A stretch of 64,000 nt of DNA from Candidatus Nealsonbacteria bacterium (GCA_026396115.1 JAPLXL010000002.1:69142-133141); one strand, 5' to 3'; positions 23,351 to 33,012 are shown, numbered from the stretch's first letter. Notes: generated by a model not told the origin, from the letters alone. Made by a program: numbers and translations.

Positions 23351-25225
23351 ATGAATAGATTAAAAAAGATTATAGCAGTTTTAGCGATTGCTGGTTTATT
23401 CGGAGCCGTAGCTCCTGCTCAAGCATTAACCGCAGAAGAGCTTTTGGCTTCAATTCAAAGCCTTCAGGCCGAATTGAATCAATTGATGACTGAATATCAG
23501 ACATTGACCGGAGCTCCTGCAGCTCCTGCAGCCAGTGTGCCTGCAGCTTGTGCCGGAGTCACTTTTGACCGCAATTTATCCCAGACTATGACGGGTACAG
23601 ATGTAAAATGCCTACAGGCAATTTTAAATCTGACCGTCGACACACAAGTAGCAGCCAGCAGTTTCGGTTCTCTGGGAAATGAAACGACTTATTTTGGTTC
23701 TTTGACCAAAGCAGCCGTTATCAATTTCCAGGAGAAATACGCCACTACGATTTTGGCTCCACTTGGATTGACTGCCGGAACCGGTTTTGTCGGTGCTGCA
23801 ACAAGAACTAAATTAAACGCGATGTTGACAGGAGGAATTCCAGTAGTTCCAGTCGTTCCAGTAGTGCCGGTAGTTCCAGTAGAGGAACAAATTGAAGGAG
23901 ATTTAACAGCAAGATGGCTTCCATCTCCAACAGGTGTTGAAGTTAATTGGGGAGCTACCAATGTAGCAGTAGCCGCTTTAGAACTTAGTGCAGAAGATTC
24001 AAGTATCAGAGTCGACAGAATTGACATTACCTTTAGTGCAGATATTTGGAAAAAGATAGATTATCTTGCTCTTTATGACGGAGACAGTGCTGTAAAGGGA
24101 ACTGACATTGATAGTTCAGTTGGTGACAGATTAAGATTAACAGGATTGGGCATTAATGTTCCCAAAGACGGAACAAAGACCATTACTGTTAAAGTTAATG
24201 TGCCTGTTATGCCTCGTGTCCCTGGATCAATGACTCTTACTATTGTAGGCGATGGAATAAGAGGAATAGACACTGCAGGAATTACTCAATATGCGACTGT
24301 AAGTGGTAGTAAAATATTTACCGTAGCAGCCGCTGGCGTAGGAGCAAGAGTTGAGACTAAAGTAAATGCAAGCAATCCTGCTGAAGGTATTGCCTTGATT
24401 GATGCAGATGTGGCAACAGAGCATGAGGTTTTAAGGTTTGACCTTAAAGTAACAAAAGACACCGCTCAGGTAGGAACTATTGTAGTTACTCTTTCCACCG
24501 CAACAAACATTAATTCTGTAAAGCTTTATGATGGGACTGAAGTTATTGGCAGTGAAGATGCATCTACCACAGTAACATTTGATGATCTTGAAGTAGATAT
24601 TGCTAAAGATACTACCAAGACTCTAAGTGTTAAGGTGGAATATGCTGCAACAACCACTGCAGGCAGTGTTTTAGTATCAATAGCTAATACTACCCCAGAG
24701 GGAACTGTAGTCGCAGTAAGTGAAAATGATGAAACTGTTACTTACACCGGCTCGGCAACAGGAAACACAATTTACTTTTATTCCGTGTCACCGGTTGTGA
24801 CTTTTGTTTCCCAAGCGATAACAGAAACCGAAGACCCAGTAACCTCAACCTTGACTGAATGGTTTGATGGTACGATTACCTTCAAATTGACAGCACAAGG
24901 AGAAGATATAGTGATTCCTACTACTACTGCTGGAATTGTAATTTCAGGATGGAGTGTGACTGATGCTACATCTACCGGCGTTACTACTACCTCTCAATTG
25001 ATAACGATTGATGGTAAAATATTAAGTAGCGCTTCAGTAGCAGAGAGAACTATTGCAGCTGGCACGTACAGAACCATTGTGGCAAAGGCAAGAATTACTG
25101 ACGTTGATGATACCGGTGAATATTATAACTTCAAGATTACCAAAGTAGGATGGGATACTGCCCATGTATTGGCAGATGCTTTGATTGTGATACTTAAGAC
25201 AGACGCTCTGATATTTGTTAAGTAG
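23351..25225 (+). CDS. secreted protein: signal peptide, coiled coil, PG_binding_1-like domain, (PVV)n linker, large beta-rich T/V/A-rich region
   Basis: Signal peptide ending APAQA. GTDVKCLQAILN...LTKAAVINFQEKY...ILAPLGLTAGTGFVGAATRTKLN is a peptidoglycan-binding domain pattern. Confidence 0.6.
   Translation: MNRLKKIIAVLAIAGLFGAVAPAQALTAEELLASIQSLQAELNQLMTEYQTLTGAPAAPAASVPAACAGVTFDRNLSQTMTGTDVKCLQAILNLTVDTQVAASSFGSLGNETTYFGSLTKAAVINFQEKYATTILAPLGLTAGTGFVGAATRTKLNAMLTGGIPVVPVVPVVPVVPVEEQIEGDLTARWLPSPTGVEVNWGATNVAVAALELSAEDSSIRVDRIDITFSADIWKKIDYLALYDGDSAVKGTDIDSSVGDRLRLTGLGINVPKDGTKTITVKVNVPVMPRVPGSMTLTIVGDGIRGIDTAGITQYATVSGSKIFTVAAAGVGARVETKVNASNPAEGIALIDADVATEHEVLRFDLKVTKDTAQVGTIVVTLSTATNINSVKLYDGTEVIGSEDASTTVTFDDLEVDIAKDTTKTLSVKVEYAATTTAGSVLVSIANTTPEGTVVAVSENDETVTYTGSATGNTIYFYSVSPVVTFVSQAITETEDPVTSTLTEWFDGTITFKLTAQGEDIVIPTTTAGIVISGWSVTDATSTGVTTTSQLITIDGKILSSASVAERTIAAGTYRTIVAKARITDVDDTGEYYNFKITKVGWDTAHVLADALIVILKTDALIFVK
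23840..23881 (+). repeat. 9-bp tandem repeat (cca gta gtt, 4.7 units) encoding a PVV linker
   Basis: Units at 23840, 23849, 23858 and 23867, plus a partial unit at 23876. In frame with the CDS. Confidence 0.9.
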
Positions 25226-25271
25226 AACTAAGTAAGATTTATTTTTTTTGCCTTTCCTTGTGGGGCAACCA

Positions 25272-25304
25272 AAAAGTCCACCCTCTCGGGTGGCTTTTTG
25301 TTTT
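25272..25304 (+). terminator. rho-independent terminator
   Basis: ccaccc (25278-25283) pairs with gggtgg (25288-25293), then ctttttgtttt. Confidence 0.7.
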
Positions 25305-25365
25305 ACTGATTATCACTGATAATTTACTGATTTATGCTGATATGATAAAATAAAGAAATATCCAT

Positions 25366-27078
25366 ATGCAGAAAACAAAAATAATTTTCATTGGAATAAT
25401 ATTATTAGTTGTCCCTTTGTTTGCTAACGCCGATACTCTCGGGCAAGAGGTCAATTTTAACATTGATTCTTCTTATGATTTATACGGTAGAAAAGAGGCT
25501 TTGGCTCTTTTGCAAAAAATTACCAATCAAATCTATTTTTATGTTGACAAAGAATGGTGGGAGGGATTGGATTATTCAAAAAAACAGAGTTTGGATGTGG
25601 AAATTTATAATTTAAGCGTTGAGTTTGAAAGAAATATTTATTCAAAACTAACTTCAACTTTCGGTTCAGAACCAAAGCCCGGGATTGACGGCGATGAAAC
25701 AATTACGGTTTTAATTCATCCGATGATTAAAGATGCCGGCGGCTATTTTAATTCGGGTGATGTCTATTCCAAACTTCAATATCCAAAATCAAATGAAAGA
25801 GAAATGCTTTATTTAAACAGCCAGTATATTGACAAATCTGAAGCCAAAAGTTTTTTAGTCCATGAATTTTTGCATTTAATTACGGTCAATCAGAAAGATC
25901 TATTAAGGAATGTAACTGAAGAAACTTGGCTTAATGAAGCCAGAGCAGAGTACGCTTCAACTTTGCTGGGTTATGATGATATTTACAAAGGAAGCAATCT
26001 TGAAAGAAGGGTTAGAGATTTTTTAACAAAACCATCCGATTCTTTAACCGAATGGCTTAATAAAAAAGAAGATTACGGAGTCGTTAATTTATTTACCCAG
26101 TATTTAGTTGACCATTACGGAGTAAAGGTTTTGGTTGATTCTCTGCAATTTTCAAAAACCGGAATTGATTCCATAAATTACGCTTTGGAGAAAAATGGTT
26201 TAAAAAAAGATTTTTCTCAGATTTTTAGCGATTGGCTAATCACAGTTTTGGTTAATGACTGCCAATTAGGAGAGAGATATTGTTATTTGAATAAATATCT
26301 CAAAGATATTAGAATCACCCCTACTTTTTATTATCTTCCAAGAACAGAAACCATTTTGTCTACTTATCACGATACTACTTATTGGAGTGCCAACTGGCAC
26401 AGATTTATAGGCGGATTGAGCAATCTTATTTTGGAATTTGAGGGAGCCGGTTCTGCCGAATTTGAAATTCCCTATTTGCTTTGCGATTTAAAAGATAATT
26501 GCTCTGTTGAGTTTTTTCCTTTAGATCCTGCCGAGCAAACAGGAAAAATCACTTTTCCTGAATTTAACACAAAATACAGTTCTTTAACTATTATTCCTTT
26601 TATTAAAAACAAAACCTCCGGGTTTGACGGGAGGGAAGATTCTTTTTCTTTTTCCTGGAAGGTTACCGTTCAGGAAAAATCAGAAGAGAAAAAAGAAGCC
26701 GAATTAATCAGCCGGCTTTTGGCCGAGATCGAAGAATTAAAAAGACAGATTGCTGAAGTTCGAGCAAAGATAAACGCCATTTTGATTGAAGGAGGCCAAA
26801 TTTCCTGCCAGAGATTTGAAAAAGATCTTTTTTTTGGAATAAGGAATGATTTTGAAGTTAGCTGCCTTCAGGAGTTCTTAAAATCTCAGGGCCAGGATGT
26901 ATATCCTGAAGGATTGGTTACCGGCAACTTTCTTTCTTTAACCCAGCAGGCCGTAATCCGTTTTCAGGAAAGATACGCTGCGGAGATTTTGGCACCCTTA
27001 GGCTTGAAAAGGGGAACCGGATATGTCGGGCAGATGACAAGAACAAAATTGAATGAAATTCTGATTAGCGGAGAATAA
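25366..27078 (+). CDS. secreted putative zinc metallopeptidase (HEXXH) with C-terminal coiled coil and PG_binding_1-like domain
   Basis: Signal peptide ending FANADT. VHEFLHLI is an HExxH motif with a downstream E (NEARAEY). C-terminal LQEFLKSQG...LTQQAVIRFQERYAAEILAPLGLKRGTGYVGQMTRTKLN. Confidence 0.5.
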   Translation: MQKTKIIFIGIILLVVPLFANADTLGQEVNFNIDSSYDLYGRKEALALLQKITNQIYFYVDKEWWEGLDYSKKQSLDVEIYNLSVEFERNIYSKLTSTFGSEPKPGIDGDETITVLIHPMIKDAGGYFNSGDVYSKLQYPKSNEREMLYLNSQYIDKSEAKSFLVHEFLHLITVNQKDLLRNVTEETWLNEARAEYASTLLGYDDIYKGSNLERRVRDFLTKPSDSLTEWLNKKEDYGVVNLFTQYLVDHYGVKVLVDSLQFSKTGIDSINYALEKNGLKKDFSQIFSDWLITVLVNDCQLGERYCYLNKYLKDIRITPTFYYLPRTETILSTYHDTTYWSANWHRFIGGLSNLILEFEGAGSAEFEIPYLLCDLKDNCSVEFFPLDPAEQTGKITFPEFNTKYSSLTIIPFIKNKTSGFDGREDSFSFSWKVTVQEKSEEKKEAELISRLLAEIEELKRQIAEVRAKINAILIEGGQISCQRFEKDLFFGIRNDFEVSCLQEFLKSQGQDVYPEGLVTGNFLSLTQQAVIRFQERYAAEILAPLGLKRGTGYVGQMTRTKLNEILISGE

Positions 27079-27095
27079 TACCGGCGGTTTTTACC

Positions 27096-28127
27096 CTAAG
27101 TTTGCCTCTTTAGTTCTTCAATCTCTTCTTTTAATTTTTTTATCTCTCGGTTCAATTCCGCCACTCTTAAATCCCTTCCCATATTTATTTGTTGGTATTC
27201 TTCAAGTTCTTCTAATCTTTCTAAGAGCTCTTTCGTTCTTTCTTTGACTCTTTCATCTAATGTCTGGTTTAATTCCGCCAGTTCTCTAGTTCGAGCTTTT
27301 ACTTTTACCTCCAAGACATTTCTTGCTTCTTCTACTTGTTGCCCCGATTCCTTCAATCTTTCTATCATCAGATTAAATTCCTCTGCCAATGACTCAATTT
27401 CATCTCCGGTTTTTATTTTAATTTTTTCTCCTAACTCACCTTCGGAGATTTTTTTAACTCCTTTCTGGAATTCTTTGATTGGAGATACAACTACTTTATT
27501 TACACCTCTTCCCATTAAATAGATGGTCAGTATTAAAGCACCGATACTAAAAATTATTATTTGAATTCTTATTTTTCTTATATCATTCTCCACTCTCTCG
27601 TAAGAGATAAAATATCTCACATTGTATGAATATTTTCCCCAATCATCGGAATAGGGATAGAGAATCTCGGATATCAGCTCTTTTTTCTGGGGATGGGGAA
27701 CAAAATATTCTTGGGATGACTGTAAGTTTTTCTTTAGGGTCTCTGGTATTTGCTCTTCTTCCGGCTCATATTTCTGCCAGACGTCAGCTTTTTTTAGGGA
27801 CTCTGTGTCTGCTAAAATATTTCCTTCGGTATCTACAATTTGAATCCTTGAAATGTCCGAATTAAGCTCCAGTGTTTTTAACGTCAACTCTCTGAATTTA
27901 AGATAGCCGGAATCAAAGTATAGTTCGTAGCTTTCTATAATGGGCCCGACAGAAAGCTGAGAAAAACTCTTGGCCTGGGATATTAATCTTTCAGTAAGGG
28001 ATTTTTTGTTGTTGTCGATCAAAATAGAAGCTGTTCCAATAAAAATAACAATTAGAAAAAATCCAATTAAAATATTCAATTTCGTCTCAATGCTGCCTGA
28101 AATTTTCTTTTTTAAAATACTTTTCAT
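27096..28127 (-). CDS. two-TM sensor-like protein with HAMP domain and coiled-coil tail but no output domain
   Basis: TM1, an extracytoplasmic region of about 160 aa, TM2, then HAMP (PIKEFQKGVKKISEGELGEKIKIKTGDEIESLAEEFNLMIERL). Two S-helix-like LExxVxxRTxEL repeats follow, then the protein ends. Confidence 0.65.
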   Translation of the reverse strand: MKSILKKKISGSIETKLNILIGFFLIVIFIGTASILIDNNKKSLTERLISQAKSFSQLSVGPIIESYELYFDSGYLKFRELTLKTLELNSDISRIQIVDTEGNILADTESLKKADVWQKYEPEEEQIPETLKKNLQSSQEYFVPHPQKKELISEILYPYSDDWGKYSYNVRYFISYERVENDIRKIRIQIIIFSIGALILTIYLMGRGVNKVVVSPIKEFQKGVKKISEGELGEKIKIKTGDEIESLAEEFNLMIERLKESGQQVEEARNVLEVKVKARTRELAELNQTLDERVKERTKELLERLEELEEYQQINMGRDLRVAELNREIKKLKEEIEELKRQT

Positions 28128-28244
28128 TTTTTTGACTAAATTTCAAAAACAGCAACTCTTCCCGGAGAAAAAGAATTCTTTTTTCCTCCGAGAAAGTGCC
28201 TGAATCGTTCAGGACAATCTAATGTTTTTTCTTTACAATTTCTT

Positions 28245-29918
28245 TTACAATCCGAAGATTACCGCCCAGGTGCTTTTTTTCTCTTCTATAGCCTGATATT
28301 CAATTTCCTTTTTGGCTATCTCGTAAGCTCTGATGTCATCATCCGGTCTTGGGTCAAATAAGATGTTCGGATTTACGGCATAACCCCACTCAGAAGTAAA
28401 CAAAGGAATAGCCGCTACGTCTTCGTGAACCATTTTTAGCGCCTGCTGCATGTAAACTAATCTTTCTTTTGGGTTCATCGTTACGTTGGCTTTGTCAATA
28501 AGTTCGTCTAATTCCGGGTTGCTGTATCGGCCGACATTATACATTCCAAGAGTTCGCATAGTATAGTCATCAGCGTCAGGAGTATGGAAAAAGTCAACTA
28601 ATACCTGAATAGCGTCTCCAATATCGGTGTTAATCCAAAAGGTATATAAAGATGTATCCCCATTGCTCCATTTATCATAATCTTCATAGTCAGGTTCGTC
28701 TTCTGTTCCGCCTCTGAATATCGCATTTACTTTTAACCCTGTTTTTTCCAGTGATTTGGCAATCGATTCAATAATATTCATATCGTAAACAGTGGCGTCA
28801 ATGTCTACCTCAAATCCGTTTGGGTAACCAGCTTCTTGGAGTAATTTTTTAGACGCTTCAGGGTCATAAGGATATCTTTTTATTTCTGGATTATAGCCAA
28901 AAATATCCTTAGTTACTACTTCATCTTGAACTTCGGCCAGTCCTCCATAAACCTCCTCCATAACCTGATTAACGTCTATACCTTGATAAATAGCTTTTCT
29001 TACCCTGATATCCTTTAAAGGATTGGTGTTGAGACCGTGAACGTAAGGTGATATCTCGTTGGCAACGTCAAACCCGATGAAGAAGATATAGATCTCTGGG
29101 TTTGTAACTATGTCAACTTTTCCATTTTCTTTCCCTTTGTCTATGGATTCTCCACCTGATACAGATATAAAAGCAATATCTGCTTCTCCGTCTTCTACTG
29201 CTTTTAATCTTTCTTCATCGGTATCAAAATGCTTCCAAGTAACCTTCTTTACTTTAGCCACATCTCCCCAGTAGTTTTCATTGCTGACCAAAATCGCATA
29301 TAAATCGTTTTCATCCCACTCTTCCAATTCATATGGTCCCGTACCGATACTGACTATTGTTCCATCTTCTTTAAGGTAATTCTCATTGAATATCCAGACA
29401 AAAGATAACTTGTTGGCTAAAAGGGGGTCTGGTCCTTTGGTTTTTATTTCTATGGTGTAATCATCTATAACCTTTACGCTGTCTAAGGTTGATAGAAAAC
29501 TTTGGCCATAAAAACTCTTTTTAATGGTTTCATCTATGGTGAATTTGACGTCATTAGCAGTAAACTTGCTGCCGTCGTGGAAAGTAACCCCTTCTCTCAG
29601 ATGAAACCGCCAGGTGAGTTCATCCGGGTTATCCCAACTTTTAGCTAACTTCGGCTCCAATTTGAAGTTTTTATCAAGATTAGTTAATCCTTCAAAGACC
29701 TGAGTATTGATAGATCTGGTGGGTATGTTTATATCGTCTGCAGGATATCGTTGGGTATAACGAATGGCGAGGGCAGCAACAGTAATTTCATCAATATCAG
29801 CTGCCTTAACAATCGGTTCATAAGTGATAATTGGTTCGTAAGTAATAACCCTTATCGCAGAAAAAACTCCAAAAGCTATTAAGATGAAAATAAGGAACAA
29901 CCAAATTTTCTTTTTCAT
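28245..29918 (-). CDS. family-5 (OppA/DppA-type) ABC substrate-binding protein, TM-anchored, copy 1
   Basis: 557 aa. LAKSWDNPDELTWRFHLREGVTFHDGSKFTANDVKF and GTGPYELEEW are the SBP_bac_5 signature. N-terminal anchor without a lipobox Cys. Confidence 0.8.
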   Translation of the reverse strand: MKKKIWLFLIFILIAFGVFSAIRVITYEPIITYEPIVKAADIDEITVAALAIRYTQRYPADDINIPTRSINTQVFEGLTNLDKNFKLEPKLAKSWDNPDELTWRFHLREGVTFHDGSKFTANDVKFTIDETIKKSFYGQSFLSTLDSVKVIDDYTIEIKTKGPDPLLANKLSFVWIFNENYLKEDGTIVSIGTGPYELEEWDENDLYAILVSNENYWGDVAKVKKVTWKHFDTDEERLKAVEDGEADIAFISVSGGESIDKGKENGKVDIVTNPEIYIFFIGFDVANEISPYVHGLNTNPLKDIRVRKAIYQGIDVNQVMEEVYGGLAEVQDEVVTKDIFGYNPEIKRYPYDPEASKKLLQEAGYPNGFEVDIDATVYDMNIIESIAKSLEKTGLKVNAIFRGGTEDEPDYEDYDKWSNGDTSLYTFWINTDIGDAIQVLVDFFHTPDADDYTMRTLGMYNVGRYSNPELDELIDKANVTMNPKERLVYMQQALKMVHEDVAAIPLFTSEWGYAVNPNILFDPRPDDDIRAYEIAKKEIEYQAIEEKKSTWAVIFGL

Positions 29919-29966
29919 TTTATTTATTAGTATTTATTAATTTTTTTCGACCTTTTTTGTTTTTCT

Positions 29967-31640
29967 TTACAATCCGAAAATTATCGCCCAGGTGCTTTTT
30001 TTCTCTTCTATAGCTTGATATTCAATTTCCTTTTTGGCTATTTCGTAAGCCCTGATATCATCATCCGGTCTTGGCTCAAATAAAATGTTCGGATTTACGG
30101 CATAACCAAAGTCAGAAGCAAACAAAGGAATGGCTGCTACGTCTTCGTGAACCATTCTTAGCGCCTGCTGAATATAAACTAATCTTTCTCCGGGGTTCAT
30201 CGTTACGTTAGCTTTATCAATAAGTTTGTCTAATTCCGGGTTACTGTATCGACCGATATTATACATACCAAAAGTTCTCATAGTATAATCATCAGCGTCA
30301 GGAGTATGGAAAAAGTCAACTAATACTTGAATGGCGTCTCCAAGAAAACTGCCAGTCCAAGTGGTACATAAAGATGTATCTCCATTGCTCCATTTATCAT
30401 AGTCTTCATAGTCAGGTTCGTCTTCTGTCCCGCCTCTGAATATCGTATTTACTTTTAGCCCTGTTTTTTCCAGTGATTTGGCAATCGATTCAATAATATT
30501 CATCTCGTAAATATTGGCGTCAATGTCTACCTCAAATCCGTCCGGATAACCAGCTTCTTGGAGTAATTTTTTAGACGCTTCAGGGTCATAGGGATATCTT
30601 TTTATTTCTGGATTATAGCCAAACATATCCCTAGTTACTACTTCATCTTGAACCTTGGCCAGTCCTCCATAAACCTCCTCTATAACCTGATTAACGTCTA
30701 TACCTTGATAAATGGCTTTTCTTACCCTGATATCCTTAAAAGGATTAGTGTTGAGACCGTGAACGTAAGGCGATATCTCGTTGGCAACGTCAAATCCTAC
30801 GAAGAAGATATAGATCTCGGAGTTTGTAAGTATGTTAACTTTTCCATTTTCCCTCCCTTTGTCTATGGATTCTCCACCTGCTGCAGATATAAAAGCAATA
30901 TCTGCTTCTCCGTCTTCTACTGCCTTTAATCTTTCTTCGTCGGTATCAAAACTCTTCCAGATAACTTTCTTTACTTTAGCCACATCTCCCCAGTAGTTTT
31001 CATTGCTGACCAAAATCGCATATAAATCGTTTTCATCCCACTCTTCCAATTCATATGGTCCCGTACCGATACTGACTATTGTTCCATCTTCTTTAAGATA
31101 ATTCTTGTTGAATATCCAGACAAAAGCTAATTTATTAGCTAAAATAGGGTCTGGCTCTTTGGTTTTTATTTCTATAGTGTAATCATCTATAACCTTTACG
31201 CTGTCTAAGGTTGGTAGAAAACTTTGGCCATAGAAGCCCTTTTTAATGGTTTCATCTATGGTGAATTTGACATCGTTAGCAGTAAACTTACTGCCGTCGT
31301 GAAAAGTAACCCCTTCCCTCAGATAAAACCGCCAGGTGAGTTCATCCGGATTATCCCAGCTTTTAGCCAAGCTCGGCCCCAATTTGAAGTTTTTATCAAG
31401 AACAGTTAATCCTTCAAAGACCTGAGTATTGATAGATTTGGTAGTTATATTTATATCGTCTGCAGGATATCGTTGGGTATAACGAATGGCGAGGGCAGCA
31501 ACAGTAATTTCATCAATATCAGCCGCCTTAACAACCGGTTCATAGGTGATAATCGGTTCGTAAGTAATAATCCTTACGGCAGAAAAAACTCCAAAAGCTA
31601 TTAAGATGAAAATAAGTAACAACCAAATTTTCTTTCTCAT
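29967..31640 (-). CDS. family-5 (OppA/DppA-type) ABC substrate-binding protein, TM-anchored, copy 2
   Basis: Same length and motifs as copy 1. Offset by exactly 1722 bp. Confidence 0.8.
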   Translation of the reverse strand: MRKKIWLLLIFILIAFGVFSAVRIITYEPIITYEPVVKAADIDEITVAALAIRYTQRYPADDINITTKSINTQVFEGLTVLDKNFKLGPSLAKSWDNPDELTWRFYLREGVTFHDGSKFTANDVKFTIDETIKKGFYGQSFLPTLDSVKVIDDYTIEIKTKEPDPILANKLAFVWIFNKNYLKEDGTIVSIGTGPYELEEWDENDLYAILVSNENYWGDVAKVKKVIWKSFDTDEERLKAVEDGEADIAFISAAGGESIDKGRENGKVNILTNSEIYIFFVGFDVANEISPYVHGLNTNPFKDIRVRKAIYQGIDVNQVIEEVYGGLAKVQDEVVTRDMFGYNPEIKRYPYDPEASKKLLQEAGYPDGFEVDIDANIYEMNIIESIAKSLEKTGLKVNTIFRGGTEDEPDYEDYDKWSNGDTSLCTTWTGSFLGDAIQVLVDFFHTPDADDYTMRTFGMYNIGRYSNPELDKLIDKANVTMNPGERLVYIQQALRMVHEDVAAIPLFASDFGYAVNPNILFEPRPDDDIRAYEIAKKEIEYQAIEEKKSTWAIIFGL

Positions 31641-31737
31641 TTTTTTATTGAAATTTATTTTTTTTCGACCTTTAACTTTGCTTCTTTTATTTTATCATAA
31701 GTTTTACATTCCAGCCAGTTTTCCCCATGTTGGATTT

Positions 31738-31748
31738 TGTGGTATAAT
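31738..31748 (+). promoter_or_regulatory. extended -10 promoter (TGgTATAAT) predicting a leaderless mRNA
   Basis: tgtggtataat, with TATAAT at 31743-31748 and the ATG at 31755, 6 nt downstream. Confidence 0.4.
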
Positions 31749-31754
31749 TTTAAT

Positions 31755-32069
31755 ATGTTTACATTCTTTCTTGCCGGTTTTTTAGGCGGCGCAATAAGAG
31801 GCGTAATCGGCATTATAAAATACGCCCTTTCTTACAAGGGTGTTAAAATGCAGTGGCTCTATTTTGGAACAGTTACAACTGTTTCTGGTTTAATCGGATT
31901 GACTTCTGCCTGGATAGTTCAGGGATTAGGAGTTGGTTTTGAGGAGATTGGGGCTTTATCTCCGGCCATCGCCCTTATTGTTGGCTACGCCGGAGGCGAT
32001 TTCCTGGAAAACATTTTCAAGGTTTTAATGAAGAAACCAATCCTTTTTGAGCAGGAGAAGGAGAGTTAA
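31755..32069 (+). CDS. small glycine-rich 3-TM membrane protein
   Basis: MFTFFLAGFLGGAIRGVIG... The ATG at 31755 is preferred over the TTG at 31737, which lies inside the promoter element. Confidence 0.45.
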   Translation: MFTFFLAGFLGGAIRGVIGIIKYALSYKGVKMQWLYFGTVTTVSGLIGLTSAWIVQGLGVGFEEIGALSPAIALIVGYAGGDFLENIFKVLMKKPILFEQEKES

Positions 32070-32091
32070 TTCACTGACTATTTTAAAAACT

Positions 32092-33012
32092 ATGAAGATT
32101 TTAGTTAGCGGCGGAGCCGGATTTATCGGTTCCAACCTTGTAGATAAATTAATCAAAGATGGCCACCAAGTGGTTGTTATTGATAATCTATTTACCGGCA
32201 AAAAGGAAAACTTAAACCCTAAAGCCAAATTTTACAAAATTGATATTCAAAGCCCAAAAATCTCTCAAATTTTCAAAAAAGAAAAACCGGAAATTGTTTT
32301 TCATTTTGCCGCCCAAGTTGACGTCAGAAAATCAGTTGAAAACCCAATCGAAAGCGCTAAAGTTAATATTTTAGGAAGTTTGAATATTTTAGAAAATTGC
32401 AAAAAATTCAAAATCAAAAAAATAATTTTTTCCTCAACCGGCGGAGCAATATATGGCGAAGCCAAAATCATTCCCACTCCGGAAGATTATCCAGCTAACC
32501 CTCTTTCACCCTACGGCATTGAAAAATTAACAATTGAAAAATATTTAGATTATTACTGGAAAATTTTTAAAATCCCTTATATTTCTTTGAGATTAGCCAA
32601 TGTTTACGGGCCCCGCCAAAATTCAAAAGGCGAGGCAGGGGTAATAGCTATATTTTGCGATAAAATGCTTTGCGGGAAACAACCAATCATCTATGGTTTA
32701 GGTTGCCAAACCAGAGACTTTGTTTTTGTTGACGATGTAGCGGAAGCTAATATTTTGACAATGAAAAGCAAAAGAGTAGGGATTTTCAATATTGGCACAG
32801 GAAAAGAGACAGACATTGACACCATTTTTGAAAAAATCAAGAAACTGATAGGCGTAAAGTGTAAAAAAATTCACGCTTCGGCCCAACTCGGCGAACAAAA
32901 AAGAAGTTGTTTAGATTACACCAAAGCCAAGAAAGAACTCGGCTGGCAACCAAAATACAGTTTAGAAAATGGATTAAGAGAAACTATAAATTATTTTAAA
33001 AATGGAAATTAG
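32092..33012 (+). CDS. NAD-dependent nucleotide-sugar 4-epimerase (GalE-like)
   Basis: MKILVSGGAGFIGSNL Rossmann start and the SPYGIEK (YxxxK) catalytic motif. The ATG at 32092 is preferred. Confidence 0.8.
   Translation: MKILVSGGAGFIGSNLVDKLIKDGHQVVVIDNLFTGKKENLNPKAKFYKIDIQSPKISQIFKKEKPEIVFHFAAQVDVRKSVENPIESAKVNILGSLNILENCKKFKIKKIIFSSTGGAIYGEAKIIPTPEDYPANPLSPYGIEKLTIEKYLDYYWKIFKIPYISLRLANVYGPRQNSKGEAGVIAIFCDKMLCGKQPIIYGLGCQTRDFVFVDDVAEANILTMKSKRVGIFNIGTGKETDIDTIFEKIKKLIGVKCKKIHASAQLGEQKRSCLDYTKAKKELGWQPKYSLENGLRETINYFKNGN

Larger units (their letters stand above)
28245..31690 (-). repeat. tandem duplication, two units of 1722 bp (gene plus upstream region)
   Basis: Long near-identical stretches. 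For example 29281-29400 matches 31003-31122. The upstream motif tttttttcgacct is also duplicated. Confidence 0.9.

Noticed and set aside
32025-32228. 67-aa minus-strand ORF, and the ORF-track 5' extensions of the epimerase genes (32047 and 53617 starts).
   Set aside because: The canonical Rossmann N-termini MKILVSGGAGFIGS and MKVLVTGGCGFIGS begin at internal ATGs (32092 and 53683). The extensions overlap upstream genes and encode non-conserved, basic low-complexity peptides.
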